64,000 nucleotides of DNA from a bacterium (lineage in GTDB: Bacteria > SAR324 > NAC60-12), in NCBI GenBank assembly GCA_965209155.1, contig OZ242383.1, positions 640,001 through 704,000 of the forward strand, given 5' to 3'. A model generated the notes under the pieces. It was not told where the DNA came from and ran no database searches. It saw only the letters and a program-made list of their open reading frames with translations. The translations under genes and the position numbers were made by a program. Below, in pieces: positions 20,549 through 29,468 of this stretch; position 1 is the stretch's first letter; the number at the start of each line of letters is the position of its first letter.

Positions 20549-21037
20549 ATGACAACAGAAACCGTATCGACGAACGAGATCATGGATTTTTCGGAAGAGC
20601 TACAACAACGTTTTCACCGGGATATTGCCCTCACGCAGCACATGGGTCTGCAGGTGGATGAATACAGCGACATCGGCCTGGTGCTCAGTGCTCCGTTGGC
20701 CAGGAATCTCAATCACAAACAAACAGCGTTCGGAGGGAGTTTGAACAGCCTGGTGACGTTGGCCGGTTGGGGAATGGTTTATCTCGTCTTGAAGGAAATG
20801 GGACGGGAAGCCCACATCATCATCCAAGAAAGTGAGATTTCCTACCTCAGACCGGTGACGGACGATTTTCAAGCGATTTGCCCTCCTGCGCAGGATGAAG
20901 CGCTTCACAAATTCCAGAGAATGATCCGTAAAAAAAACATAGGTCGTATTACGCTGCCTTGTTTCATTTACCATGAAAAGGAATTGGCAGTCTCTTTCCA
21001 GGGAAGTTACGTGGCCACCGTCTCATCCGAAAGGTGA
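20549..21037 (+). CDS. YiiD-C-terminal-like hotdog-fold thioesterase
   Basis: [18 protein letters not shown]...GWG and I.YLRPV motifs. Start codon uncertain. Confidence 0.8.
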   Translation: MTTETVSTNEIMDFSEELQQRFHRDIALTQHMGLQVDEYSDIGLVLSAPLARNLNHKQTAFGGSLNSLVTLAGWGMVYLVLKEMGREAHIIIQESEISYLRPVTDDFQAICPPAQDEALHKFQRMIRKKNIGRITLPCFIYHEKELAVSFQGSYVATVSSER

Positions 21038-22875
21038 AAGAGGGCAGTCCGTTCAAGTTTTCGGGAGTCACAACGTTGCAGCAACAATTCATTCGAAATT
21101 TTTGCATCATCGCCCACGTCGATCATGGAAAATCCACGTTGGCCGACCGTCTGATGGAACGCACCGGCGCCGTCAGTGCCCGGGAGGCCCAGGATCAACT
21201 GCTAGACAACATGGATATCGAGCGGGAACGGGGCATCACCATCAAATCGCAAACGGCGCGACTGCAATACCAGGCCGGCGACGGCCGCGCGTATGTATTG
21301 AATTTAATCGACACGCCGGGACACGTCGATTTCACTTACGAAGTCTCCCGCTCCCTGGCAGCCTGCGAAGGCGCTCTCCTAGTCGTGGACGCAGCCCAGG
21401 GCGTGGAGGCCCAGACCCTGGCCAACGTTTACCTGGCCCTGGATCATGACCTGGAAATCCTGCCGGTCCTGAACAAGATCGACCTCCCAACCGCGCGACC
21501 CGAACAGGTTTGCCGGGAAATCGAGGACGTCATTGGTCTCGATACCAGTTACGCAGTTCATGCGAGCGCCAAACAGAATATCGGAATTTCCGAAATCCTG
21601 GAACAAATCGTTACCTTGGTTCCTCCTCCTCGCGGCATGGCGGAGGCTCCCCTGCGCGCCTTGATTTTCGATTCATGGTTCGATGCCTATCTCGGCATTG
21701 TGGTCATGGTCCGGGTGGTCGATGGCCAGGTGCGGGTGGGGGATAAAATTCGCTTCATGGCCACGGCCCGGGAGTATGAAGTGACCCGTTTGGGAAATTT
21801 CACCCCTTTCCATCATGAAAAAGAAGTTTTGCTCAGCGGAGAAGTGGGATTCATCTGCGCGTCGATTAAAACGATTGGGCATACCAAAATCGGGGATACC
21901 GTCACCTTGCGCGACCAGCCATCGCAAACCCCTTTGCCGGGTTACGCGGAAGTCAAACCCATGGTTTTCAGTGGAATCTATCCCGTGGAAAGCGAGGTCT
22001 ATGAAGAGTTGAAGGAGGCCTTGCGAAAACTGACCCTCAACGACGCGTCCATCACTTATGAAACCGAAACTTCATCGGCCTTGGGTTTTGGATTTCGTTG
22101 TGGGTTTTTAGGACTGCTTCACATGGAAATTGCTCAAGAGCGTTTGGAGCGTGAATTCGAATTGCAATTGATCGCCACCGCGCCGACGGTCGTTTACCGG
22201 GTTCACCTGAAGAATGGAACGGTGCGGCCAATCGACAATCCCGCGCACCTGCCATCCACCCTGGAGATCGAACGCATCGAGGAACCCTACGTCCGTGGAA
22301 AAATTTTCAGTCCCCCGGAATTCCTCGGAAACCTGCTGAGCTTGTGCCGGGAAAAACGGGGGAACCAGGTGAGCATCGAGTACCCGGCGCCCAACAGGGC
22401 CCTACTCGTCTATGATTTCCCTCTCAATGAAATCATGATGAATTTTTACGATCGCTTGAAATCCATTTCGCGTGGTTACGCTTCCTTCGACTATGAATTG
22501 ATCGATTACCGGGAAGGAGAACTGGTCAAACTCGATTTACTGCTCAACGGCAAAGCGGTGGATGCCCTGTCCCTGATCGTGGCCAGGGTCAATGCCTATT
22601 ACCGGGGACGGGAACTGGTCTCCAAAATCAAAAACCTCATCCCGCGACAAATGTACGAAGTGGCCATCCAGGCCGCCATCGGCAATAAAGTGATTGCCCG
22701 CGAAACCCGGGGCGCCCTTCGCAAAAACGTCACCGCCAAATGCTATGGAGGGGACGTCACGCGCAAGCGCAAGTTGCTGGAAAAACAAAAGGAAGGGAAA
22801 AAAAGAATGAAGCGTTTGGGTACCGTGGAAGTTCCTCAGGAAGCATTCATGGCGGTTTTAAAACTGGAAAATTGA
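21034..22875 (+). CDS. lepA: Translation elongation factor 4
   Basis: [32 protein letters not shown] and [25 protein letters not shown]. The start may be TTG at 21076. Confidence 0.97.
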   Translation: MKEGSPFKFSGVTTLQQQFIRNFCIIAHVDHGKSTLADRLMERTGAVSAREAQDQLLDNMDIERERGITIKSQTARLQYQAGDGRAYVLNLIDTPGHVDFTYEVSRSLAACEGALLVVDAAQGVEAQTLANVYLALDHDLEILPVLNKIDLPTARPEQVCREIEDVIGLDTSYAVHASAKQNIGISEILEQIVTLVPPPRGMAEAPLRALIFDSWFDAYLGIVVMVRVVDGQVRVGDKIRFMATAREYEVTRLGNFTPFHHEKEVLLSGEVGFICASIKTIGHTKIGDTVTLRDQPSQTPLPGYAEVKPMVFSGIYPVESEVYEELKEALRKLTLNDASITYETETSSALGFGFRCGFLGLLHMEIAQERLEREFELQLIATAPTVVYRVHLKNGTVRPIDNPAHLPSTLEIERIEEPYVRGKIFSPPEFLGNLLSLCREKRGNQVSIEYPAPNRALLVYDFPLNEIMMNFYDRLKSISRGYASFDYELIDYREGELVKLDLLLNGKAVDALSLIVARVNAYYRGRELVSKIKNLIPRQMYEVAIQAAIGNKVIARETRGALRKNVTAKCYGGDVTRKRKLLEKQKEGKKRMKRLGTVEVPQEAFMAVLKLEN

Positions 22876-22913
22876 AACATGGGCGTACTTGCGAAAAATC
22901 AGTTCTTTTTCCT

Positions 22914-23432
22914 TCACGCCCTTTCTGAGGGGCCATTGAGCGTATAAATCACTTTCGCTCCGCAATACCGGCACACCAGGTTTTTTCGTTGGCGGTGGGC
23001 TTCCCGTTGCCAGCAGTGATTCGAGCATTGCTGGATATACCGGGCTTTCATGAATCTCAAGGAATGACAACGCTGGCCCTTACAACCCAGTCTCAGCGCG
23101 ACTGAGCGCCAGACTCGATCATGTCCGTGACTAGGCGTCAAGGCGTGCGCGATTTCATGGAGGAGGGTATCCGTGACTTCGGCGCGAGAGGCGCTCGTGG
23201 CGAAGTGTCTCGAGACGGAAATGATTTTTTTGGCATAGCTGCACTGGCCTGCCCTCACTCGGGCGTGATCGAATCGAAAACGCCATCCCTGGCGGGTCAA
23301 CCCGTGCTTCTGCATCAGGGAATGGGCTTCCTGCCATACGGCCTCCCGGCGGGTCACCTGCTCGAGCGCATTCTGAGTTACCGGCTCCTTGTCGGCAATC
23401 CCGTGTTTGTCTTTTTGTTGATTACGCAGCAT
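22914..23432 (-). CDS. SprT-like zinc metalloprotease domain protein
   Basis: RAGQC, LLHEIAHAL, HGHD..W and a C-terminal CxxC zinc ribbon. Confidence 0.8.
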   Translation of the reverse strand: MLRNQQKDKHGIADKEPVTQNALEQVTRREAVWQEAHSLMQKHGLTRQGWRFRFDHARVRAGQCSYAKKIISVSRHFATSASRAEVTDTLLHEIAHALTPSHGHDRVWRSVALRLGCKGQRCHSLRFMKARYIQQCSNHCWQREAHRQRKNLVCRYCGAKVIYTLNGPSERA

Positions 23433-23954
23433 TCAACCTTCCTTGGTATGCAATGCATTATACGTGTTGGCAGTCATCAGGTTACGTAAAACAAAAATGG
23501 CTGCTCAAACCGTCGACAGCAATCATTATTTGCCTGATGGATTTCGCCGAAATCTCCAATTCTGATGTTCGGACAGATTCGTCAGGAAAGAATATATCAG
23601 GAAGTTTGCCAATTATGACAAATAAAAATATTAGTGCAGCAAGTAAATCAAAAATCTCGGCATTGTCAAGATCCGGATATTTATTCTGTATCCCATTCAT
23701 ACAGATGGCTTAAGAAAAGGAAAGTTCGGACAGAGCAAACGATGATTTAGCTACTGTCAAGCAACAGCATGAAGGATTGGATTATCTGAAGGAGGAAAAA
23801 TCGATTGCGGGGGAATCCTCTCCCATTCTACTTATAGATTTCTTATGTTAAAAACGAAGTAACCTCAGCCAGGTGAGTTGTTAAACCATAGCGGTTCTGA
23901 TTGTTCAGGTATAAGTTGGGGACTTTTCAAAAAACCTTTAAATTGTGCATAACA

Positions 23955-25115
23955 ATGGGAAGATATGTTGTTCGTTTTCCAAAGGATGAGTATTTAAAGC
24001 ACCGGAAATTAAATAATATATCGGAATGGGATCATTTGAATATTGAATGGATAGGATCCAGAGAAAAGCTTATCGTATCTCCACCCGAGCAACGTCTTCA
24101 TTATATGGTAAAATTTCCAAATTATGGTGAAAATGAAATCAATATAGAATTGTTCAACTGCTGTTTGGGATTGAATCTAGGTCTCAATATTGCTTCATAT
24201 TTTCCATGTAAATACAGAGGAAAACAAGGAGTCATTACCAAAAGTTTTCTAAAACCTAATTCGGAACTTTGGGAAATGAAGACATTAATTTGCCATCATT
24301 CAAATAGAGCGAATTTAGAAGAAAAAATGGGTAGACACCAAGAAGTTTTAAAAGAGCATGATATCGACAATATTTTTCTAATCCTTCAAATGGAGTTTGG
24401 AGAAGCCGTCCTTCACGATTTTTTCCGGATGGTAGGGTTTGACTGCTTGATTGGTCACGGAGACCGTCACTGGACGAATTATGGTATTGTCCTATGGGAG
24501 CAGAAAGCGGAATTAAAATTCCGATTGGCTCCCATATATGATACAGCATCGGGTTACCTATTGGAACTGGATGAAGAACACTTGGAAAGAGTGTAACTAT
24601 TTAGGTACCCCAATTTTTGAGTATAATACTGATTTTATTGGATTAATTTTGAAAACTGAAAAAATTGAATATTTGATTCTAAAATTTAAAATCAATGATT
24701 TCAATGGATTACGTTTGTAAAAATTCAGGAATCACCAAATATTCAAAAAAATCGCATGTAATATCAATTAGTTGAGTACCTGAATAGTTACGAAAGAGTT
24801 ATAAAAAGGGGAGAACTTGAAAATGAAAATTGGCATAAACCCCAAAAAAAAGGATTGTGTAAAATGACTTGTAGTAAAAACCTGAAAACCAACCATATCG
24901 AACTTTTCGAATACATTCTTAAAAAAAATAATTTTTCAAAATATATTCTGGATTTGACTTATCCCATAAGAAAATTTAACACCAAGCTCGTCAGATGTTT
25001 AATAAAAAATAGTTTCTACCTGAGAAAACTCTCAAGGAATAGAAAATATGCTATTATTAAAACATTGGAGATGAGAAAAAAAATATTGACATCGATAATG
25101 GAAAGTAATAGGTAG
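23955..25115 (+). pseudogene. HipA-like Ser/Thr kinase interrupted by a MITE (reconstructs to 317 aa)
   Basis: YMVKFP, DCLIGHGDRHWTNY and LAPIYD motifs. Removing 24593-24799 joins ...EHLERV in frame to IKRGELE...CKMTCSK. Confidence 0.85.
24593..24791. mobile_element. 199-bp AT-rich MITE (family C)
   Basis: 16-bp TIRs GTAACTATTTAGGTAC and GTACCTGAATAGTTAC (1 mismatch). 8-bp direct repeat GAAAGAGT at 24585-24592 and 24792-24799. Confidence 0.93.
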
Positions 25116-25127
25116 CGAGAGGATTTC

Positions 25128-25553
25128 ATGCCCACTTTCAGAGAAATTTGTCAAAAACTTGAAAATATCATTAAAGGAAGAAAAGGGGAGTCAGACAAGC
25201 GCAATGATAGTATTAAACTTAAAATTGAAATAAGGGGTAAAACAATCGCCTATCTTTCTTCCGAAAACGACGGAAAAGTATATACACTTAAATATACCGA
25301 TAACTTTAAGACTGCCGGAGTGCCTCCATTTAATATGAAGGCATTACAAAGACCTGAGATTGGGAAAGTGTATAAAAGTGAAATTCTTTGGTACGCCTTC
25401 GCTGCGAGAGTACCCAACCCTTCTCGACCCGATTTTAAAAAAGCGCTGGAAGAAGCCGGTTTGACAGGAAATGAACCGACATTGGAAATCATTGGTAAAC
25501 TTTCAAAAAAAAGTATTTCCAAGTCTTGGGAAATTGAGATTGACGCCGCATAA
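25128..25553 (+). CDS. HipA N-terminal (couple_hipA / HipS-like) domain protein
   Basis: Pattern IAYL....YTLKY...YKSEILWYAFAARVPNPSRPD; lies 12 bp after the kinase stop. Confidence 0.7.
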   Translation: MPTFREICQKLENIIKGRKGESDKRNDSIKLKIEIRGKTIAYLSSENDGKVYTLKYTDNFKTAGVPPFNMKALQRPEIGKVYKSEILWYAFAARVPNPSRPDFKKALEEAGLTGNEPTLEIIGKLSKKSISKSWEIEIDAA

Positions 25554-25684
25554 TGAAGTCCCTGTATGAACTGAGGCTCTTCTGTGGGTGTCCGGCTATC
25601 ATTTCAAGACCCGACGGTCAAACAAATCGAACGCATTCAAATCAGATGCAGAAAGTTCGCAAAAACCGGAAAAGCGAAAACATT

Positions 25685-26554
25685 ATGAAAGGTCTGCTCG
25701 ATTGGATTGTCGAGTGCAATTCCTGGAATAGTTCCCATTTCGTGGATTTCATCATCGAAGACATCACGGTCGGCGCCATTCACTGCAGTCGATTGGAGCT
25801 TTTGAAGCGATATCCGCAAATATTTCAGGTCTTTTCAAACCGGGTGAAACTGCATCCTAGACTCGACAGCCCGGCAGCCCGCACGGAGGCAGTGGATGCC
25901 GTGCTGCGCAACTGGCGAAAGAAAGGCATCATTCAAGGATGGCGGGATGAGTCATACCGGGTGACTTCTTCTTTCGACAGACCTCCCTTGATGCTGATCG
26001 AGCGAAGTGCCGCTCCTTTTTTCGGAGTGATCAACTATGGCGTGCATCTCAATGGTTTTACGGAAAAAGCAGGGAGCTGCTACATGTGGCTGGCCAGACG
26101 ATCCGCGCAAAAATCCAGGTTCCCGGGGCACCTGGATCACCTGGTGGCCGGTGGTCATACGGCAGGAATGAGTACCCGGGAGGTTATGCTCAAAGAGTGC
26201 GCTGAGGAGGCTGGGATTCCCGGGGAACTGGCCAGACAGGCGCAACCGGCAGGGGCGATCAGTTTTTGTATGGACGACAACCAGGCCCTGCGACGGGACG
26301 TCTTGTTCGTCTATGATCTCAAACTGCCCGAAAATTTCGCCCCGCAGAATATGGATGGCGAAGTGGCCGAATTTTTCCTCTGGTCCATTGCCCAAGTATT
26401 GGAAACGGTGGCCCGCACTCGAACCATAAAAACCAACTGCAACCTGGTGATGATCGACTTCCTGGTACGACATGGTTATCTTTGCCCGGACGATCCCCAT
26501 TATCTGAAAATCGTACACGGGTTGCGGGGCCTTGATTGGCGACCCTTCTTATAA
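25685..26554 (+). CDS. NUDIX hydrolase with DUF4743 N-terminal domain
   Basis: GWRDESY, IERSAAPFFG...YGVHLNG, Nudix box AGG...KECAEEAGI and DGEVAEF. Confidence 0.85.
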   Translation: MKGLLDWIVECNSWNSSHFVDFIIEDITVGAIHCSRLELLKRYPQIFQVFSNRVKLHPRLDSPAARTEAVDAVLRNWRKKGIIQGWRDESYRVTSSFDRPPLMLIERSAAPFFGVINYGVHLNGFTEKAGSCYMWLARRSAQKSRFPGHLDHLVAGGHTAGMSTREVMLKECAEEAGIPGELARQAQPAGAISFCMDDNQALRRDVLFVYDLKLPENFAPQNMDGEVAEFFLWSIAQVLETVARTRTIKTNCNLVMIDFLVRHGYLCPDDPHYLKIVHGLRGLDWRPFL

Positions 26555-26555
26555 A

Positions 26556-26832
26556 ACCCGAGTTCGACATAAATCTACAATGATATGAGTATTTTGGTGT
26601 GTATATCATTCCGGTCCCGGATCGAGTCCGGGATGATCCGGGATCCAGGGTTGTTTTCGATTCCCTGGATTCCTGGTCGGAGCCAGGAAGGACACAAAGG
26701 TGGGAAGGCAAAAAGGCAAAAAGGAAAGGCATGAAGGAACTGAAAACCGATAACTGGCACAAAGGCACAAAGGCACAAAGGCATACTGGATTCCTGGTCC
26801 CGGATCCAGTCCGGGATGCCAGGAAGGACATA
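26556..26832 (-). repeat. Family A MITE right arm (inverted), followed by palindromes and CACAAAGG octamer runs
   Basis: ACCCGAGTTCGACATAAATCT... matches the reverse complement of about 1826-1885. The remainder resembles the inverted 27664-27955 array. Confidence 0.8.
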
Positions 26833-26885
26833 GAGGGGAGGAATCGCTAATTTATTCGCGGGTAGGGGTAACGGGAATTATTATC

Positions 26886-26914
26886 TTGCTTTGGGTTGCG
26901 GGCAGAATTATAAA
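26886..26914 (+). promoter_or_regulatory. Putative sigma70 promoter of the antiterminator gene
   Basis: TTGCTT-17 bp-TATAAA; both hexamers are conserved in the copy at 40514-40542. Confidence 0.55.
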
Positions 26915-27026
26915 AATTGCTGAAAATATTTCATCAAAAATGATTCGCTTGATCCCTTTTCACCATTGAAATCAAGCCGATTTTCAAATTGCTGGTACCT
27001 GTTTCGCAGGTCATCCATCGCTGTTT

Positions 27027-27569
27027 ATGCAGTACGACAATCATGAAAACTGGTACGTGCTCCGTATCCGTTCCAGGTTCGATCAACTCTCGGAAAAAGC
27101 GCTGAAGAACAAACGATTCGAGATTTTCAATCCAACCTACAAGGAATGGAGTCGACGCAAGGATCGCAAAAAACTATTGAAGAAATCCATCTTCAGGGAA
27201 TACATGTTTTTACGAACCACGCTGACTGCGGAGATTCACCTGGAGATCCTGAAGTCCTACGGGGTGATGCAGGTTTTGCAAAACCGTTGTGGTCCGGTTC
27301 CGGTCCCCGCCAGTCAAATCGCCAACATACGCATGCTCGAGAAGCACGTGGGACGCTGTTTCCACACTCCACAATTTGCCCGGGGGGACTGGGTCCGTAT
27401 CCGGGAGGGGGTGATGGAAGGCTTGATGGGGCAAATCGACTGGATGCAAAAAAATCTTTTACGAATCACGGTCAACGGCATTGCCGGATCGGTTGCCGTC
27501 GAAATCGATCCCCACCAGGTTGAACTGCTGCGCCAGGACCCCCTCTACCAGGTCGTCACCAGCCATTGA
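27027..27569 (+). CDS. NusG-paralog transcription antiterminator (UpxY/RfaH/LoaP-like)
   Basis: NGN domain (WYVLR, WSRRKDRKK, IFREYMF, PVPVP..QI) plus KOW (GDWVRIREGVMEGLMG). Lies upstream of long biosynthetic operons, not near secE. Confidence 0.85.
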   Translation: MQYDNHENWYVLRIRSRFDQLSEKALKNKRFEIFNPTYKEWSRRKDRKKLLKKSIFREYMFLRTTLTAEIHLEILKSYGVMQVLQNRCGPVPVPASQIANIRMLEKHVGRCFHTPQFARGDWVRIREGVMEGLMGQIDWMQKNLLRITVNGIAGSVAVEIDPHQVELLRQDPLYQVVTSH

Positions 27570-27663
27570 TGGGTCTTCTGCTGCCGGGATTTTCGTCCAT
27601 TGCATTCCACGTCATGTAACGCAAATGGCGAAGCTTGCTCAAATCGGTTCGGGGAATTGGCGG

Positions 27664-27955
27664 CAGTGATCAGTGATCGGTTATCGGTTATCAGTTCCTT
27701 CACGAGTCACCTTTGTCCCTTCCCTCTGTGTCATTCCTGGCTTGATCAGGAATCCAGATTGCCTTTGCTCCTTTGTCCCTTTGCAGCTGGCCGAAAAAAT
27801 GTCATTCCTGGCTTGATCAGGAATCCAGAATGACTTTGTCCCTTTGTGCCTTTGCGCATTTGAAGCTGGCCGAAAAAATGTCATTCCTGGTTTGAACAGG
27901 AATCCAGAATGACTTTGCGCCTTTGTACCTTTGTCCCTTTGTCCCTTCCCTCAGT
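27664..27955 (+). repeat. Heptamer run (CAGTGAT/CGGTTAT) plus a tandem array of 3 GTCATTCC palindromes with octamer spacers
   Basis: Palindromes start at 27730, 27801 and 27880; same unit as 18092-18388. Confidence 0.9.
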
Positions 27956-27966
27956 GCATTTATTTG

Positions 27967-27995
27967 TTGACTTGGTGATAAAAATCTGGTAGTTT
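27967..27995 (+). promoter_or_regulatory. Putative sigma70 promoter upstream of the ACP-PKS cassette
   Basis: TTGACT-17 bp-TAGTTT with a TGn extension. Confidence 0.45.
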
Positions 27996-28148
27996 GGCTT
28001 CAAACCATGTGGAATCACCCTGATTTGCCGGCCTTCGAGCTTCGATTGGTAAAGTGGATGATTGCGCTGAATTGGACCGGGGCTGGTAGAATACCGGCGT
28101 TCCTGAACCTGCTCCGACACACCTCTACTCATTGGGAGAATAACAACC

Positions 28149-28385
28149 ATGGCTACAACCGAACAACGTGTAAGACAACTCGTCAGCGATAACCTGGAAG
28201 TGGACGGGCAACCTCTGAACCTGTCGGCGGACCTGAATACAGGACTCACCGAGCTGGGCGTATCCTCACTGGATATCGTTGCCTTTGCGAAACTGGTTTC
28301 AAAGGAATTCGATATTACATTCACGATCGAAGATTGTAAGACTGTAAACACCATTCAGAAACTGATCGATTACGTCGACGGCTAG
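28149..28385 (+). CDS. Stand-alone acyl carrier protein (SupB-like)
   Basis: 78 aa, acidic, ELGVSSLD phosphopantetheine-site motif, GGAGA RBS. Confidence 0.85.
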   Translation: MATTEQRVRQLVSDNLEVDGQPLNLSADLNTGLTELGVSSLDIVAFAKLVSKEFDITFTIEDCKTVNTIQKLIDYVDG

Positions 28386-28508
28386 TCAACCTGAACATTT
28401 TCGGTCGCTGCGTCGCTACTGCCGGACAGGCGGAGGATATTCTCCAGTCCGGCGCCGTATGCCTCAACAATCTGATGCGGCATTTCGACGCTCTTGCTTA
28501 TGAACTGA

Positions 28509-29465
28509 ATGACAATGGCTTCAGAAATCCTGTGGGAGATACCTGAACCCGCTTCCATCTGTGAAGTCCGACCGGACAGTGACACCGTCATTTCCCTGCG
28601 CCGCTACGGGAACCCGGCAGGCCCGCGCCTCGTGCTGAGTCACGGCAACGGCCTCGCGATTGACCTCTATTTTCCTTTCTGGTCATTGCTCACGGACGAT
28701 TTCGACCTGATAATCCATGATCTCAGAAACCACGGATGGAACAGCGTCGGTTCCATTGAAAACCATAACGTACCGGCATTCGTGCGCGACCATAACTGCA
28801 TCCTCGCGGCAATTGACGAACAATACGGGGAGAAACCGAAAATCGGCGTGTTTCATTCCTCTTCATCCCTGGTAACGCTCATGTCGACTTCGATGCCGGC
28901 TATCCCCGGGATTAACTGCGAATGCAGCGCTTTCTCCGCACTAGTGCTGTTTGACCCGCCCCTCTGCAAGCCCGGTGCCAGCCAGGCAAAATTCGACGAG
29001 GCCGCCGAAAAGACCGCGGCGATGACCCGGCGGCGCTCGAAGCGGTTCAAGTCCAAGGAACAGTATGTTGAACTGGTCGAGTTCATGCCACCCTTCAGGA
29101 ACGTCGTTCCCGGCGTGCGCGAACTGCTGGCTGACACGACACTGCGCGAGGCCGCTGACGGGAAAGGCTACGAACTCTGCTGCCCACCCGAATACGAGGC
29201 GCAGATTATCGATTACATCAGGAGTTTCTCTCCGTTGGTGGACCTGGATGCGATACACTGCCCGACGAAAGTCATCGGCGCCGATCCCACCGTGCCTTTC
29301 TCTTACCTGCCTACCATTGACCTGAGCGACATCCTGAGCGTAGACTATGATTTTCTGCCGGATACGACGCACATGATGCAACTGGAACAACCGGAAGAAT
29401 GCGTCACCACCATGCGCGATTTCATTGAGCAGGAGGTGCTTTCCGGCTTCCCGGAAAGGAAGTAG
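28509..29465 (+). CDS. Alpha/beta-hydrolase, putative thioesterase or acyltransferase (SupD-like)
   Basis: LSHGNG, HDLRNHG, VFHS elbow, LFDPP and C-terminal TTHMMQLEQPE. Confidence 0.8.
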   Translation: MTMASEILWEIPEPASICEVRPDSDTVISLRRYGNPAGPRLVLSHGNGLAIDLYFPFWSLLTDDFDLIIHDLRNHGWNSVGSIENHNVPAFVRDHNCILAAIDEQYGEKPKIGVFHSSSSLVTLMSTSMPAIPGINCECSAFSALVLFDPPLCKPGASQAKFDEAAEKTAAMTRRRSKRFKSKEQYVELVEFMPPFRNVVPGVRELLADTTLREAADGKGYELCCPPEYEAQIIDYIRSFSPLVDLDAIHCPTKVIGADPTVPFSYLPTIDLSDILSVDYDFLPDTTHMMQLEQPEECVTTMRDFIEQEVLSGFPERK

Positions 29466-29468
29466 ACG

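Noticed and set aside
23453..23900. Short ORFs upstream of the HipA-like kinase as a HipB-like antitoxin
   Set aside because: Neither the 72-aa minus ORF nor the 86-aa plus ORF shows an HTH pattern or a convincing RBS.
25553..25684. N-terminal extension fusing the NUDIX gene to the hip islet
   Set aside because: Family-like sequence begins near Met at 25685; the extension looks like an open intergenic stretch.
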